A DNA stretch of 50,924 bases from an archaeon (GTDB lineage: Archaea; Iainarchaeota; Iainarchaeia; Iainarchaeales; 1-14-0-10-31-34), in NCBI GenBank assembly GCA_043815885.1, contig JBDRIL010000010.1, positions 1-50,924 on the forward strand. Direction: 5' to 3'. This document shows positions 1 to 10,100 of the stretch, one piece after another. The notes below the pieces were generated by a model that saw nothing but the letters and a program-made list of their open reading frames with translations, was not told the origin of the DNA and made no database searches. The number at the start of each line of letters is the position of its first letter. Position 1 is the stretch's first letter. A program made the translations under genes and the position numbers.

Positions 1-1470
1 GCTGTAATTGCAGTCCTCATAAGCAGGAGTATTGGTAATCGTTGCATCAAAATCAATCACTGTCTGCGTTAATGCATTAAATTCCCCCCCTCCCTGAACA
101 GGAGAAGTAATACTCACTTCCGGAAAACCATTTTCAGCAACCCCACACCACTCCCAATAACGCTTACAAGCAATTCCTTCATCCATATCCCAAGCAACTA
201 TCGCCACATTATTTGAATCCAAAACCAAAACAGGAGATGACGCAAAATTCGCTGGCCCTACAACTAAGTTTCCAGGTTCTGGTTCCATTATTTCATGAAT
301 CTTCTCCCAACTACTTCCATTCCATTTCTTTAAAACAATATTCCAGGTCGGCGGATCAGGAAAAATTATCACATTTTCAGTCCATGCAATAAAAGGAATT
401 CCTTCAGAATTAATGTCAAGAGAAGCATTACCGTATCTGTCCTCATTTAAGGTTACTCCACTTACCCGTCCTTGTCCAGGCGCCGCATCAACCCAATTAC
501 TTCCATTCCATTTTTTGAACGCAATGTAGTAAATTGCGATACCCCCCCCAGTATTTTGCTCCCATGCGACTGCTGGATAGTTGTTTAATGAGTCAATATC
601 AAGAGATGGTCTTTCCGCAATCCCTGTTGTTTGGCTTACATCTAATTGTCCTGCCACTACCCAATCACTTCCATCCCACTGCCTAAAGACAACATCCCAA
701 TTTGCACTGTCATATTCCTGCCATGAAACATGTGGATTGCCAAGAGAATCAATCTTTAGAGAAGGGTTCTTGACGTTGTTAATTGGGTCTGGGAATTTAG
801 TGCTTACATTTAATTTCCCTGCACTCATTTCTACCCAAGCGCTTCCATTCCATTTCCTTAATGCAATGTAATAATCTGTTCCATCAAATTCCCTCCAAGC
901 AATATATGGCGTATCAGAATCATCAAGTGCAAGTGATGGTTGTATTGCGGTTCCTCCATCCAAACTGCTTACATTTAAGTCGTCTTCAGTGAATCCATCT
1001 TCTGGATAAACATCTGTCCATTCGCTTCCATTCCATTTCCTTAGGAGAATGTCCCATCCATCTTCATCTTCTTCTGACCAGGCAATAAAAGGAGTTCCAT
1101 CTCCATCCAATGCAAGGGAAGGTTCAACTGAATTAAAGCTTGGAGACTTGCTTACATTTATGCTTGCTGTTTCCTGTGCGAAACCGTCTGCATTAACCCA
1201 GTTGAATCCATTCCATTGCCTGAAATAGATTTCTCTGTCTCCTCCTGGATTGTATTCAAAGACAATTTTTGGGGTGTCATATTTTGATGAAGGGTCAGAG
1301 TTTGCCTGCAACTGCATTGAAGGATTTTCTGCATTCACTCCAGAGGGAAGATCCATTACAGTAAAGGAATCGTCTCCTCCCATATTGCACCATGGAGCGT
1401 TAACGCTAACAAAATTAAAAAAGAATATAATGGAAACTAAGCTGATTAAAGCAATTTTATTCATGTCCAT
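1..1470 (-). CDS. Secreted beta-propeller repeat protein (about 7 blades) followed by a probable Ig-like region; 3' end runs off the window
   Basis: Not in the ORF track; translated by hand. ATG at 1470 gives MDMNKIALISLVSIIFFFNFVSVNA (signal peptide). Repeats PSLxxDxxGxPxIAW...(R/K)(K/Q)W(N/D)GSxW follow, then PEVSITSP. The frame is open to base 1. Confidence 0.85.
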   Translation of the reverse strand, partial: MDMNKIALISLVSIIFFFNFVSVNAPWCNMGGDDSFTVMDLPSGVNAENPSMQLQANSDPSSKYDTPKIVFEYNPGGDREIYFRQWNGFNWVNADGFAQETASINVSKSPSFNSVEPSLALDGDGTPFIAWSEEDEDGWDILLRKWNGSEWTDVYPEDGFTEDDLNVSSLDGGTAIQPSLALDDSDTPYIAWREFDGTDYYIALRKWNGSAWVEMSAGKLNVSTKFPDPINNVKNPSLKIDSLGNPHVSWQEYDSANWDVVFRQWDGSDWVVAGQLDVSQTTGIAERPSLDIDSLNNYPAVAWEQNTGGGIAIYYIAFKKWNGSNWVDAAPGQGRVSGVTLNEDRYGNASLDINSEGIPFIAWTENVIIFPDPPTWNIVLKKWNGSSWEKIHEIMEPEPGNLVVGPANFASSPVLVLDSNNVAIVAWDMDEGIACKRYWEWCGVAENGFPEVSITSPVQGGGEFNALTQTVIDFDATITNTPAYEDCNYS

Positions 1471-1569
1471 TAATACTTAATTCTTCTACTTTAAATTTCT
1501 TTTCTTTTTTTGCTTGATTTGATTAGGTTTAAATAACCTTCAAATAATTATATATTATTGGGGGAAGGA

Positions 1570-2292
1570 ATGATTGTAAGGAATGCATTGGGAGACTACT
1601 TTGAAAACATTAAGTTAAGCCTACTCTTTGGAGTCCTCCTGGTTTTTGTATTCTTTTTTCTATTCTTTTCCAACCTGTTTATTTCAAGCGGTTCAATATT
1701 CCTTGAATACAGTTTAAATGAAGTAAATATCGGAGTCCTTGCACTGGAAATAGCAGTAATTGCCGTATTCCTGGTTTTTTATTCTGCATTTGTTTCTCTT
1801 ATGATCTTCAATGTAAGAAACAAACTGAATAAGGTAAAGGTTGACTATTACTTGAAGGATAAATTGCACAGGTTTTCATTGAAGTTGTTTGTATTTCTCC
1901 TGGTTTACTTTATTGTTTTATTCTTTCTTTCCTCTTTGCTGGTGTTCTTTTCTTTGCCTGTGTGGATAGTGAATTTATTGCTCTTAATAGTTTCCCTCTT
2001 CTTTCTCTTCCTTCCCCAAGCCATTGTAGTGGACGAAGATTCAATTACTCACTGCATTGCCAATAACCTTGAATTCATGGGAAAAAACATTCTCCCAGTA
2101 ATAAAAATAATAGTTGTTTCAATGGTACTGATAGCGGTAATTGCATTAGTGGAATATGCATTGGACGTAGTTGCCTTAATCGGAAGATATATTTCTTTAA
2201 TCATTCTATTGGTTTTTGTTGTTCCATTCATTGAGGTAATGAAGACAAGGCTTTACATGACCAAATTCACTCTGATAGGCCATAAAGCATAA
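1570..2292 (+). CDS. Polytopic membrane protein (about 6 TM), function unknown
   Basis: ATG at 1570 after GGGGAAGG; multiple long hydrophobic segments. Confidence 0.75.
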   Translation: MIVRNALGDYFENIKLSLLFGVLLVFVFFFLFFSNLFISSGSIFLEYSLNEVNIGVLALEIAVIAVFLVFYSAFVSLMIFNVRNKLNKVKVDYYLKDKLHRFSLKLFVFLLVYFIVLFFLSSLLVFFSLPVWIVNLLLLIVSLFFLFLPQAIVVDEDSITHCIANNLEFMGKNILPVIKIIVVSMVLIAVIALVEYALDVVALIGRYISLIILLVFVVPFIEVMKTRLYMTKFTLIGHKA

Positions 2293-2365
2293 TTCAAAAA
2301 AACCAATAAAACTTTGTTCACTATACGAACTCTTTTAATGTTTTTTGTTCAGATTTAATAACAGC

Positions 2366-2845
2366 ATGAATAAGATTGTTTCTCTGGATAAAATCGACCA
2401 CCAAATAATTCGAATGCTTTTAGATGATGGAAGGGTTTCTTTTTCTACTATTGCAAAGGAAGTAAAGCTGACAGATGTTGCAATAAAGAAGAGAATTGAC
2501 GGCTTAATCAGGAAAGGAGTCATTAACTCCATTAACGCTAACATTAACCTCAATGTATTAGGCTACCAGAATCCCCTCTTTATTCAATTGAGAACGGAAA
2601 CAGGAAAGCACAAGGACCTAACAAAAAAACTGGGTTCCTTTGACAATGTACTGGAACTCTATCACGTAATAGGGGAATACAATCTCCTTGCAAAAATTGT
2701 CGTGCCTGAAATAAGTGAGGCAGAGACATTCATAAATAAATTAGGTTTACTGGACGGAGTTTTGGATATCAAAACCCAGCTAGTAATAAACGAATTAAAG
2801 AAAACAAATGCTCTCCCCACTATGCCGCTACAAAAGAAATTTTAA
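2366..2845 (+). CDS. Lrp/AsnC family transcriptional regulator
   Basis: LDKIDHQIIRMLLDDGRVSFSTIAKEVKLT...KRIDGL HTH; RAM domain with VLELYHVIGEYNLLAKI. Confidence 0.92.
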   Translation: MNKIVSLDKIDHQIIRMLLDDGRVSFSTIAKEVKLTDVAIKKRIDGLIRKGVINSINANINLNVLGYQNPLFIQLRTETGKHKDLTKKLGSFDNVLELYHVIGEYNLLAKIVVPEISEAETFINKLGLLDGVLDIKTQLVINELKKTNALPTMPLQKKF

Positions 2846-2900
2846 TCCCTCAGACTTCTTTATTAATTCTTTTGATTAAAAAATAAATTGCTGATTGAGA

Positions 2901-4943
2901 ATGAAACTGATAATTTCAGAAAAAGCGATTGCCGGAAAAAGGATTGCAGAAATTCTTTCACAGGGAAAGGCAACAGAAAAAACAGAGAAGAATGCAAGGC
3001 TGTTTGAATTCTCCAAGGAAGGAAAGCCCTTTCTCCTGATTCCTTTGAGAGGGCATATAATGGATGTGGATTTCCCAAAGCAGTACAGCCAGTGGCTTGG
3101 GACAGACGTGCAGAAACTGGTAATGGTTGAAGTGGAATACATTGGAACAGAAAAGAGCATTATTTCTCTCCTGAAAGCAAAAGCGCCTTTAGCTGAAGAA
3201 GTGATTATTGCAACTGATGCAGACAGGGAAGGAGAAGCAATTGGAGTTGAAGCAATAGATTGTCTTAAGGAAAAAAACCCAAAAATAAAAATAACCCGTG
3301 CTTATTTTTCTGCAATAACCCCAAAAGACATTCAGCATTCCTTCTCCAATTTAGGGGAAGTGGATTACAATTTTGCTGAATCAACTAATGCAAGAAGGGA
3401 AATAGATTTAGTTTGGGGTGCAGTCCTTACACGATTCATTTCTTTAATCACCAGAAGAATGGGAAAGGAATTTCTTTCAGTCGGAAGAGTTCAGTCTCCT
3501 GTACTTGCATTAATAGTGAAGAGGGAAAAGGAAAGAAATGCATTCAATCAGGAAAAGTACTGGCTGCTTAGAGCATTATTTGAAAAAGACAAGAAGGAGT
3601 TTGAGGCATTCCATAAAAAAGGAAGATTCAAGAAAAAAGAGGAAGTAGAAGAAATACTGAAAAAAGGAAACGGAAAGGGAACAGTAGTAAAGGTAATTAA
3701 AAAGAAAAGAGTCCTCCAGAAGCCATTTCCATTCAATACAACTAATTTCTTGAGGGCGGCAACAGCAATAGGATTTAGTGCAGGAGAAGCCATGAATATA
3801 GCTGAACACCTTTATCAACAGGGTTTCTGTTCTTATCCCAGAACAGACAATTCAGTGTATTCCCCTAACCTGAATTTAATTGAGATACTGAATGAATTGC
3901 TTAAAGTAAATGAATTCACTCCCTTGATTCAGGAAATCCTTTCCCAGAAAAAGATAACTCCTTCAAGGGGAAAGGAAACAAAGGATCATCCTCCGATTCA
4001 TCCAACCTCTGCTGCCAATAAAACCAGGTTAAATGAAAGGCAGTGGAAAATCTATGAATTAATCTGCAGGAGGTTTATGGCTACTCTTGCAGAGGAAGCA
4101 GTAACAGAAAACCTTTCAGTTGAAATTGATTTAAATAAGGAAATATTTGTTGCAAACGGGCAGATAATACTGAAAGAAGGATGGAAGCACTTCTATCCTT
4201 ATTCTGTTTTGAAGGAAGTAATCCTTCCGGAATTAAGTGAAGGGGATTCGGTTGACTTAAAGAAGCTTGAAATGCTTGAAAAAATGACCCAACCCCCACC
4301 GCGATATTCACAGGGAGCATTAATTAAGTTAATGGAGGACTTGGGTTTAGGCACAAAAGCAACAAGGCATGAAATAATCCAGAAACTATATGCAAGAAGA
4401 TATATTTCTGGGATAAAGGCAATAGAGCCAAACAAGGTAGGGTTTGCAGTAATAGAGTCACTGGAAAAACATTCAAAGAAAGTAACTGAACCAAAGATGA
4501 CTGCAGAAGTAGAAAGGGAAATGGACGAAATTGCTGCAGCAAAAAAAGAAAAGAAAGAAGTAGTTGATGCCTCAAGGAAAGTACTCCAAGACATAATGAA
4601 GGATTTAGTGAAGAACAAGAATGAAATTGCAAGGGAAATAACTGCTGCATTGGTGGAGGATGCAATAATGGGAGACTGCCCCGCCTGTGATGGAAGACTA
4701 AGGATTGTGAGAAGCAGGAATAATAAAAGATTTTTAGGGTGTACGAATTACCCTAAATGCACTACTACCTTTCCTTTGCCGCAAAAAGGAAGAGTGGAGT
4801 TAGGAAAGGATTCCTGCAAGGAATGCGGAAAGCCAACCATAAAGGTAACAGGAAAAAGATACAGGTATACAATGTGCGTTGATCCTCATTGTAAGAGCAA
4901 GGACGGATGGAAGAAGAAAAGCAGTAAAGAAACCAAGAAGTGA
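2901..4943 (+). CDS. topA: DNA topoisomerase I (type IA) with C-terminal zinc ribbons
   Basis: TOPRIM LIISEK and ATDADREGE, SVGRVQSP, catalytic SYPRTD, GLGTKATR, C4 Zn ribbons. Confidence 0.97.
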   Translation: MKLIISEKAIAGKRIAEILSQGKATEKTEKNARLFEFSKEGKPFLLIPLRGHIMDVDFPKQYSQWLGTDVQKLVMVEVEYIGTEKSIISLLKAKAPLAEEVIIATDADREGEAIGVEAIDCLKEKNPKIKITRAYFSAITPKDIQHSFSNLGEVDYNFAESTNARREIDLVWGAVLTRFISLITRRMGKEFLSVGRVQSPVLALIVKREKERNAFNQEKYWLLRALFEKDKKEFEAFHKKGRFKKKEEVEEILKKGNGKGTVVKVIKKKRVLQKPFPFNTTNFLRAATAIGFSAGEAMNIAEHLYQQGFCSYPRTDNSVYSPNLNLIEILNELLKVNEFTPLIQEILSQKKITPSRGKETKDHPPIHPTSAANKTRLNERQWKIYELICRRFMATLAEEAVTENLSVEIDLNKEIFVANGQIILKEGWKHFYPYSVLKEVILPELSEGDSVDLKKLEMLEKMTQPPPRYSQGALIKLMEDLGLGTKATRHEIIQKLYARRYISGIKAIEPNKVGFAVIESLEKHSKKVTEPKMTAEVEREMDEIAAAKKEKKEVVDASRKVLQDIMKDLVKNKNEIAREITAALVEDAIMGDCPACDGRLRIVRSRNNKRFLGCTNYPKCTTTFPLPQKGRVELGKDSCKECGKPTIKVTGKRYRYTMCVDPHCKSKDGWKKKSSKETKK

Positions 4944-4970
4944 ATCAAGTAAAATCAGTTGGGAATTTTT

Positions 4971-5101
4971 AAGAGAAGGAGACCGCAAAAATTATTTTTA
5001 CCAGTTTAGCCTGGTGGAGCTTGTCCCCTTCTCTTTATTTGTTTTTATTTGACTTTTCCCTTAGAATTGAATCCCTCCAAAATACAGCTTTTCACTGTAT
5101 T
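4971..5101. other. Structured non-coding element (nested inverted repeats plus a second hairpin)
   Basis: AAGAGAAGGAGAC (4971-4983) and GTCCCCTTCTCTT (5023-5035) enclose the hairpins AAAAA-TTA-TTTTT and ACCAG-TTTAGC-CTGGT. A separate hairpin AATACAG/CTGTATT lies at 5081-5101. Confidence 0.55.
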
Positions 5102-5207
5102 CAAGTAGATTGCGAAGTTGTTATTTAAATCAATTATCAGGTTTAAAGTGTTCCAAAAAATATAATTAAAATGTTATGCTTGTTCTAATTAGTATAGTGA
5201 TGCATTT

Positions 5208-5747
5208 ATGTCTAACCCAATGAAGCTTGATGATGAAATCCGCCTTAATGTATTGGATGCATTAATGAAGAAGAATTCCGTTGTCCCAAATATCAGGCAG
5301 GTAAAGAGGCATTGCGGTTATCATAAAGCCACAATCAAGTCCTCGATTGATTTTCTTTCAAAGGAAGGCTTAATTGAAGGTTTTGGGCCAAGGATTAACT
5401 TCAAGAAGTTTGGCTATAAATTGGAGGCAATTGAAATGCTTCAGATTGATTTTGCTGAAAAGGAATTGTTCAATAAATTTCTCCAGGCAGTAAACAAGGA
5501 TCCACACATCTACAGGCTTTCGGCAATAATTGGTTCAGGGAACTGGAATTTAATGGTAAGGCACTTCTATTCTGATGTTGAATCCTTTCACGATAACAGC
5601 CAGAAAAATTACTTTGAAAAAATAAAGGGAATATATGATTTAATTCAGGACAGGCTTATCTTCTTCTCAACCGAACCATTCTATAAGAGTGTTTCAAGAA
5701 CCAAGTCCCTTATAGATGTAATAAAGAAAGAGAAAGGAATTGATTAG
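5208..5747 (+). CDS. Divergent Lrp/AsnC-like transcriptional regulator
   Basis: N-terminal wHTH followed by GLIEGFGPRINFKKFGY linker and RAM-like IIGSGNWNLMVR. Confidence 0.75.
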   Translation: MSNPMKLDDEIRLNVLDALMKKNSVVPNIRQVKRHCGYHKATIKSSIDFLSKEGLIEGFGPRINFKKFGYKLEAIEMLQIDFAEKELFNKFLQAVNKDPHIYRLSAIIGSGNWNLMVRHFYSDVESFHDNSQKNYFEKIKGIYDLIQDRLIFFSTEPFYKSVSRTKSLIDVIKKEKGID

Positions 5748-5749
5748 AG

Positions 5750-6583
5750 TTGGAAATTGAATTGGATTTAAGGAAGGGAGTTGCTGAAAACGCCAGCACC
5801 TACTTTGAGAAAAGCAAGAAGGCAAAAAAGAAGTTAGAGGGTTTAGTGAAGTCCATTGAGGACACAAGAAGCAGGCTGGAAAAATTAAAGGAAAAACAGT
5901 TTCTGCTGGAGGAAGAAGAAAAAGCAGTTCCACTCAAGAAAAGGGAAAAGAAATGGTTCGAAAAATTCCATTGGTTTTATTCAAGTAATGGTTTTCTGGT
6001 TATTGCTGGAAGGGATTCCAGGACCAATGAAGAAATAATAAAGAAGTACATGGAAAAGGATGACCTTTACTTTCATGCTGAAATTCAGGGAAGCCCCCAC
6101 TGCATAATCAAAACAAATAAATCCGAGGTTCCTTCTTCTATCATGAATGAGGCAGCCCAATTTGTTGCCTCTTTCTCCAAGGGATGGAGAGAAAAACTTT
6201 CTTCACTGGATGTTTATTCTGTTCTTCCGGAACAGGTCAGCAAGAAAGCCCCAAGCGGTGAATCAATGAAGAGCGGTTCATTCATGATTTACGGGAAGAG
6301 AAATTACTTCAAAAAAATTCCACTCGAATTAGCGATTGGAGTGAAAAAAGAAGGAGAGGAATTTATTGTAATTTCCGGGCCTCTTACTGCAATCAAAAAA
6401 AATTCCATTGCCTTTGTTAAGGTAATTCAGGGAGAGGAAAAGAAAGGCATTGCTGCAAAAAAGCTAAAGGAATTACTGGAGAAAAAACTCGGCTTAAATG
6501 AAAAACTTGATTTGGATGAAATAATTGCAATGCTTCCAGCCGGAGGCACAAATATTGGGGAGGGGGTAGGCAATGCTGGATAA
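5750..6583 (+). CDS. NFACT-R (DUF814) domain protein, N-terminally truncated Rqc2/NEMF homolog
   Basis: ENASTYFEKSKK coiled coil, WFEKFHWFYSSNGFLVIAGRD, DLYFHAEIQGSP, QVSKKAPSGE, GSFMIYGKRNY. Confidence 0.9.
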   Translation: MEIELDLRKGVAENASTYFEKSKKAKKKLEGLVKSIEDTRSRLEKLKEKQFLLEEEEKAVPLKKREKKWFEKFHWFYSSNGFLVIAGRDSRTNEEIIKKYMEKDDLYFHAEIQGSPHCIIKTNKSEVPSSIMNEAAQFVASFSKGWREKLSSLDVYSVLPEQVSKKAPSGESMKSGSFMIYGKRNYFKKIPLELAIGVKKEGEEFIVISGPLTAIKKNSIAFVKVIQGEEKKGIAAKKLKELLEKKLGLNEKLDLDEIIAMLPAGGTNIGEGVGNAG

Positions 6584-7136
6584 ATTAATGCTGGAAAAAC
6601 TGGTTGAAAAAGAACTGAAGGGCCTGCCTATATTCGGTTTAAGCCAGATTGAAAGAGTGAAAAAGAACTCCATTAAATTAAAGGAAGGATTAAAGCACGA
6701 AAAGGAGGTGCTTGAATTGAGTGTAATGCTTCACAATGCGGGCGCAAAACAATGCATTCAATTCACTCAGGACTTCATTCAGTATTCTGTTGCTTTAGCC
6801 AAAAAATTTCTTTCTCGAGCGAATTATCCTTCGAAGAAAATGGATTCAATCATTCACTGCATTCAGGAAGCGCATTTGAATGGCCAGCCCAAAACAATTG
6901 AAGCAAAGATACTGCATGACGCGGTATTGCTTGACGAGATCGGGGCAATAGGAGTACTGAAGGATTCAATCAGCTTTTATTCCCAGAAGAAATCACTCCA
7001 AAACTTCAGGGAATTCCTCAGAGCAAAAAGCTATCACTTAAAGAATGCTTTCTTCACTGAAAAAGGAAAAGAATTAGCAATAGAAGGAATAACCTCTTAT
7101 AATGAATTCGTGGAGCGATTGGAGAGGGAATTATAA
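6573..7136 (+). CDS. HD-domain-like protein with degenerate metal ligands
   Basis: MLHNAG in place of LHDIG; TIEAKILHDAVLLDEIGAIG; FFTEKGKELA. Confidence 0.75.
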   Translation: MLDKLMLEKLVEKELKGLPIFGLSQIERVKKNSIKLKEGLKHEKEVLELSVMLHNAGAKQCIQFTQDFIQYSVALAKKFLSRANYPSKKMDSIIHCIQEAHLNGQPKTIEAKILHDAVLLDEIGAIGVLKDSISFYSQKKSLQNFREFLRAKSYHLKNAFFTEKGKELAIEGITSYNEFVERLEREL

Positions 7137-7179
7137 GCTTTTTAATTCTTTTCAGAGCAAATTATTCTAAGGGGAGAAA

Positions 7180-10100
7180 ATGGTTTTTACTTTGACAGAG
7201 AAAAGAAAGGAAATAGAATTAAATGTCCAGGACACTGATCCAAGTTATGTTGGAAGAAACATCGTTACATTGGACAGGACAGCAAAAAGCGAATTAGATG
7301 TTACTTCCGGAGACATAGTGGAATTAGAGGGAACAAAGAACACTGCAGCAGTAATCTGGCCTGCAAGGCAGGAAGATGAAGGAAGAAAGATAATTAGAAT
7401 GGATTCACTTATAAGGCATAATGCTGGCGCAAGTCTAGGGGAAAAAGTCAGGGTAAGGAAGGCCGACTTCAAGGAAGCAAAGAAAGTAATTCTTGCCCCC
7501 ACTCAGGAAGTAAGGATAATTGCTTCAGGATATGACAGGATACTGAAAAAGAGTTTTATTGGAAGGCCAATCAATAGAGGGGACAATGTATGGATTAGTG
7601 TTTTTGGGAGTGGATTCATTTACAGGGTTCTTGATACTAATCCAAGAGGCATAGTAAAGATAACTGACTTCACTCAATTTGTTTTAAAGGAGGAACCAGT
7701 AAAGGAAGATGCTGAAGGAATTCCAAGGGTGGCGTATGAAGACATTGGAGGTTTAGAGGAACAGGTAACAAAGATAAGGGAAATGATTGAGCTTCCAATG
7801 AGGCATCCAGAATTATTCCAGAAGCTAGGCATTAGCCCTCCAAAAGGAGTGCTGCTCTTTGGCCCTCCAGGAACAGGAAAAACCCTTTTAGCCAAAGCAG
7901 TTGCAAGTGAAACCAACGCCCACTTTATTTCAATAAATGCTCCAGCCGTTATGTCAAAGTATGTTGGGGAGGCAGAGGAAAGAATCAGGCAGATGTTCAA
8001 GGAAGCAGAGGATAATGCTCCAAGCATTATTTTTATTGATGAAATAGATGCAATTGCTCCAAAGAGAGAAGAAGTAATTGGAGAAGTAGAGAGAAGAGTT
8101 GTAGCTCAATTACTCGCAGCAATGGATGGAATGGAAGCAAGAGGCAACACCATTGTAATCGCTGCAACAAACAGGGTTAATTCTCTTGATGAAGCACTCA
8201 GAAGACCCGGAAGATTTGACAGGGAAGTAGAGATTGGTGTGCCTGACAAAAAAGGAAGAAAGGAAATACTCCAGATCCATACAAGAGGAATGCCTTTAGC
8301 AAAGGACGTTGATTTGGATCATTTTTCTTCCATTACCCATGGATTTGTGGGGGCGGATTTGGCTGCATTGGTGAAAGAATCAGCAATGAAGGCATTGAGA
8401 AGATATCTTCCAAAAATGAATCTCGAAGAGGAAACAATCCCTCCAGAAGTACTGGAAGCACTGGAAGTAAACAAAAAGGATTTCCTTGAAGCATTGAAAG
8501 AAGCCCAGCCTTCTGCCTTGAGAGAGGTAATGGTTGAAATCCCAAATGTAAAATGGAACGATATTGGAGCTTTAGAAGAAGTAAAGGAAGAATTGAAACA
8601 GGCAGTGGAATGGCCTTTAAAGAACCCCTCTGCATTCAAGAAGATGGGCATCAGGCCTCCGAGAGGGATTCTGTTGTACGGCCCTCCTGGCACAGGAAAG
8701 ACAATGCTGGCAAAGGCAGTTGCAACTGAAAGCGAAGCAAACTTTATTTCAATTAAAGGTCCTGAATTAGTATCAATGTGGGTGGGTGAATCACTCCCTT
8801 ATAATGAAGAATTGTTTGTTAAAAAAGAAAATGAATTCCTAAAAATGCCTATTGGAAAAATAGTTGAAGAAAAGAAAAAAGTAGAAGTAGTTTCTTTTGA
8901 TGAAAAGGCAAAGAGTATTGTTTCAAAGATCGCTGATTATATAAAACATCCAATTAGGACAAATTTATTGGAAATCACTACTAAAACAGGAAGAAAAATA
9001 AGAGTAACAGATGACCATTCCTTGTTTACTTTAATAAATGGCGAAGTAAATCACGTTCCATTAAAGTATTTAAAAGAAGGAGAGAGCTACATCGTAATTC
9101 CAAAAAAATTGCCAGAAGTGAATTCAAGCCCTAAAGAGATAGATTTGATTGAGATTTTTAAGAATGAAAAAAATATTCTAGTAAAGGATGCAGGAAGCCT
9201 TCTGAAACCATTCATTAAAAAAATAGGTTACAAGAGCTTAGCAGAAATATTGAAGATAAAAAATAAGTATGCTTACGATATAACCGATAAAAATGTTTCA
9301 ATTCCATTGCCCAAATTTTTATTGCTCGTAAAAAAATTTAATTTAAAGATTGACTTGAAGAGTCTGCGTTTAGGCGTTAGAGGAAGCAGGAATGCGTTGC
9401 CTTCGATAATCCCTTTAAGTAAAAATCTTACGAAGTTCATTGGTTTGTGGGTTGCAGAAGGGGATTACAACAATGAATTTGTTAGGATACACAACAAGAA
9501 TCCAGAAATAGTGGCAGAACTGGATAGAATTTGTAAAAATCTAAAATTAAATTACACTAAAACAAAAACTTGTTTCATAATAAATTCAATGATTTTTAAG
9601 AAATTAATGGAAAAAGGAGTTGGTTTAAAGAAGGGAGCAAAAAACAAGAGAGCGCCAAAATTATTATTTACTCTGCCAAACAAATTAATAGCTGACTTCC
9701 TTAGAGGTTATTATTCTGGGGATGGAAGCATTTATGGAAACAGTCACAGATATGTAATTGAGGCTTCTACTGAAAGCAAGGGATTAGCTGATGATCTGCT
9801 CTACCTACTTTTAAGGTTTGGGATAGTCGCTTCCTGTTATGAGAAACGTGAATGGAATAATAACAAGACTTATAGAATTTTGTTTATGGGAGTAAAAAAC
9901 TTTAGAGAATTCTCAAGGATAGGTTTTATTGATAAAAAAAGAAACCAAAAAATCAAAGCTTACATTAAAGCTAAGAAATGGGAGAGAAGTGACCAAATCC
10001 CGATTACTGGAAAGCTCTTATCATTTATCGAAGAAAACTTAAATTATTGGACTAATAATCTTACAATAGGCAAAGACAGACTAAAAAAATTGCTAAACGA

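Noticed and set aside
581..1480. Plus-strand ORFs 581-871 and 1250-1480
   Set aside because: They are antisense shadows of the minus-strand propeller gene.
4944..5207. tRNA, SRP RNA or RNase P RNA
   Set aside because: There is no cloverleaf or T-loop, and no convincing SRP helix 8 or RNase P conserved regions.
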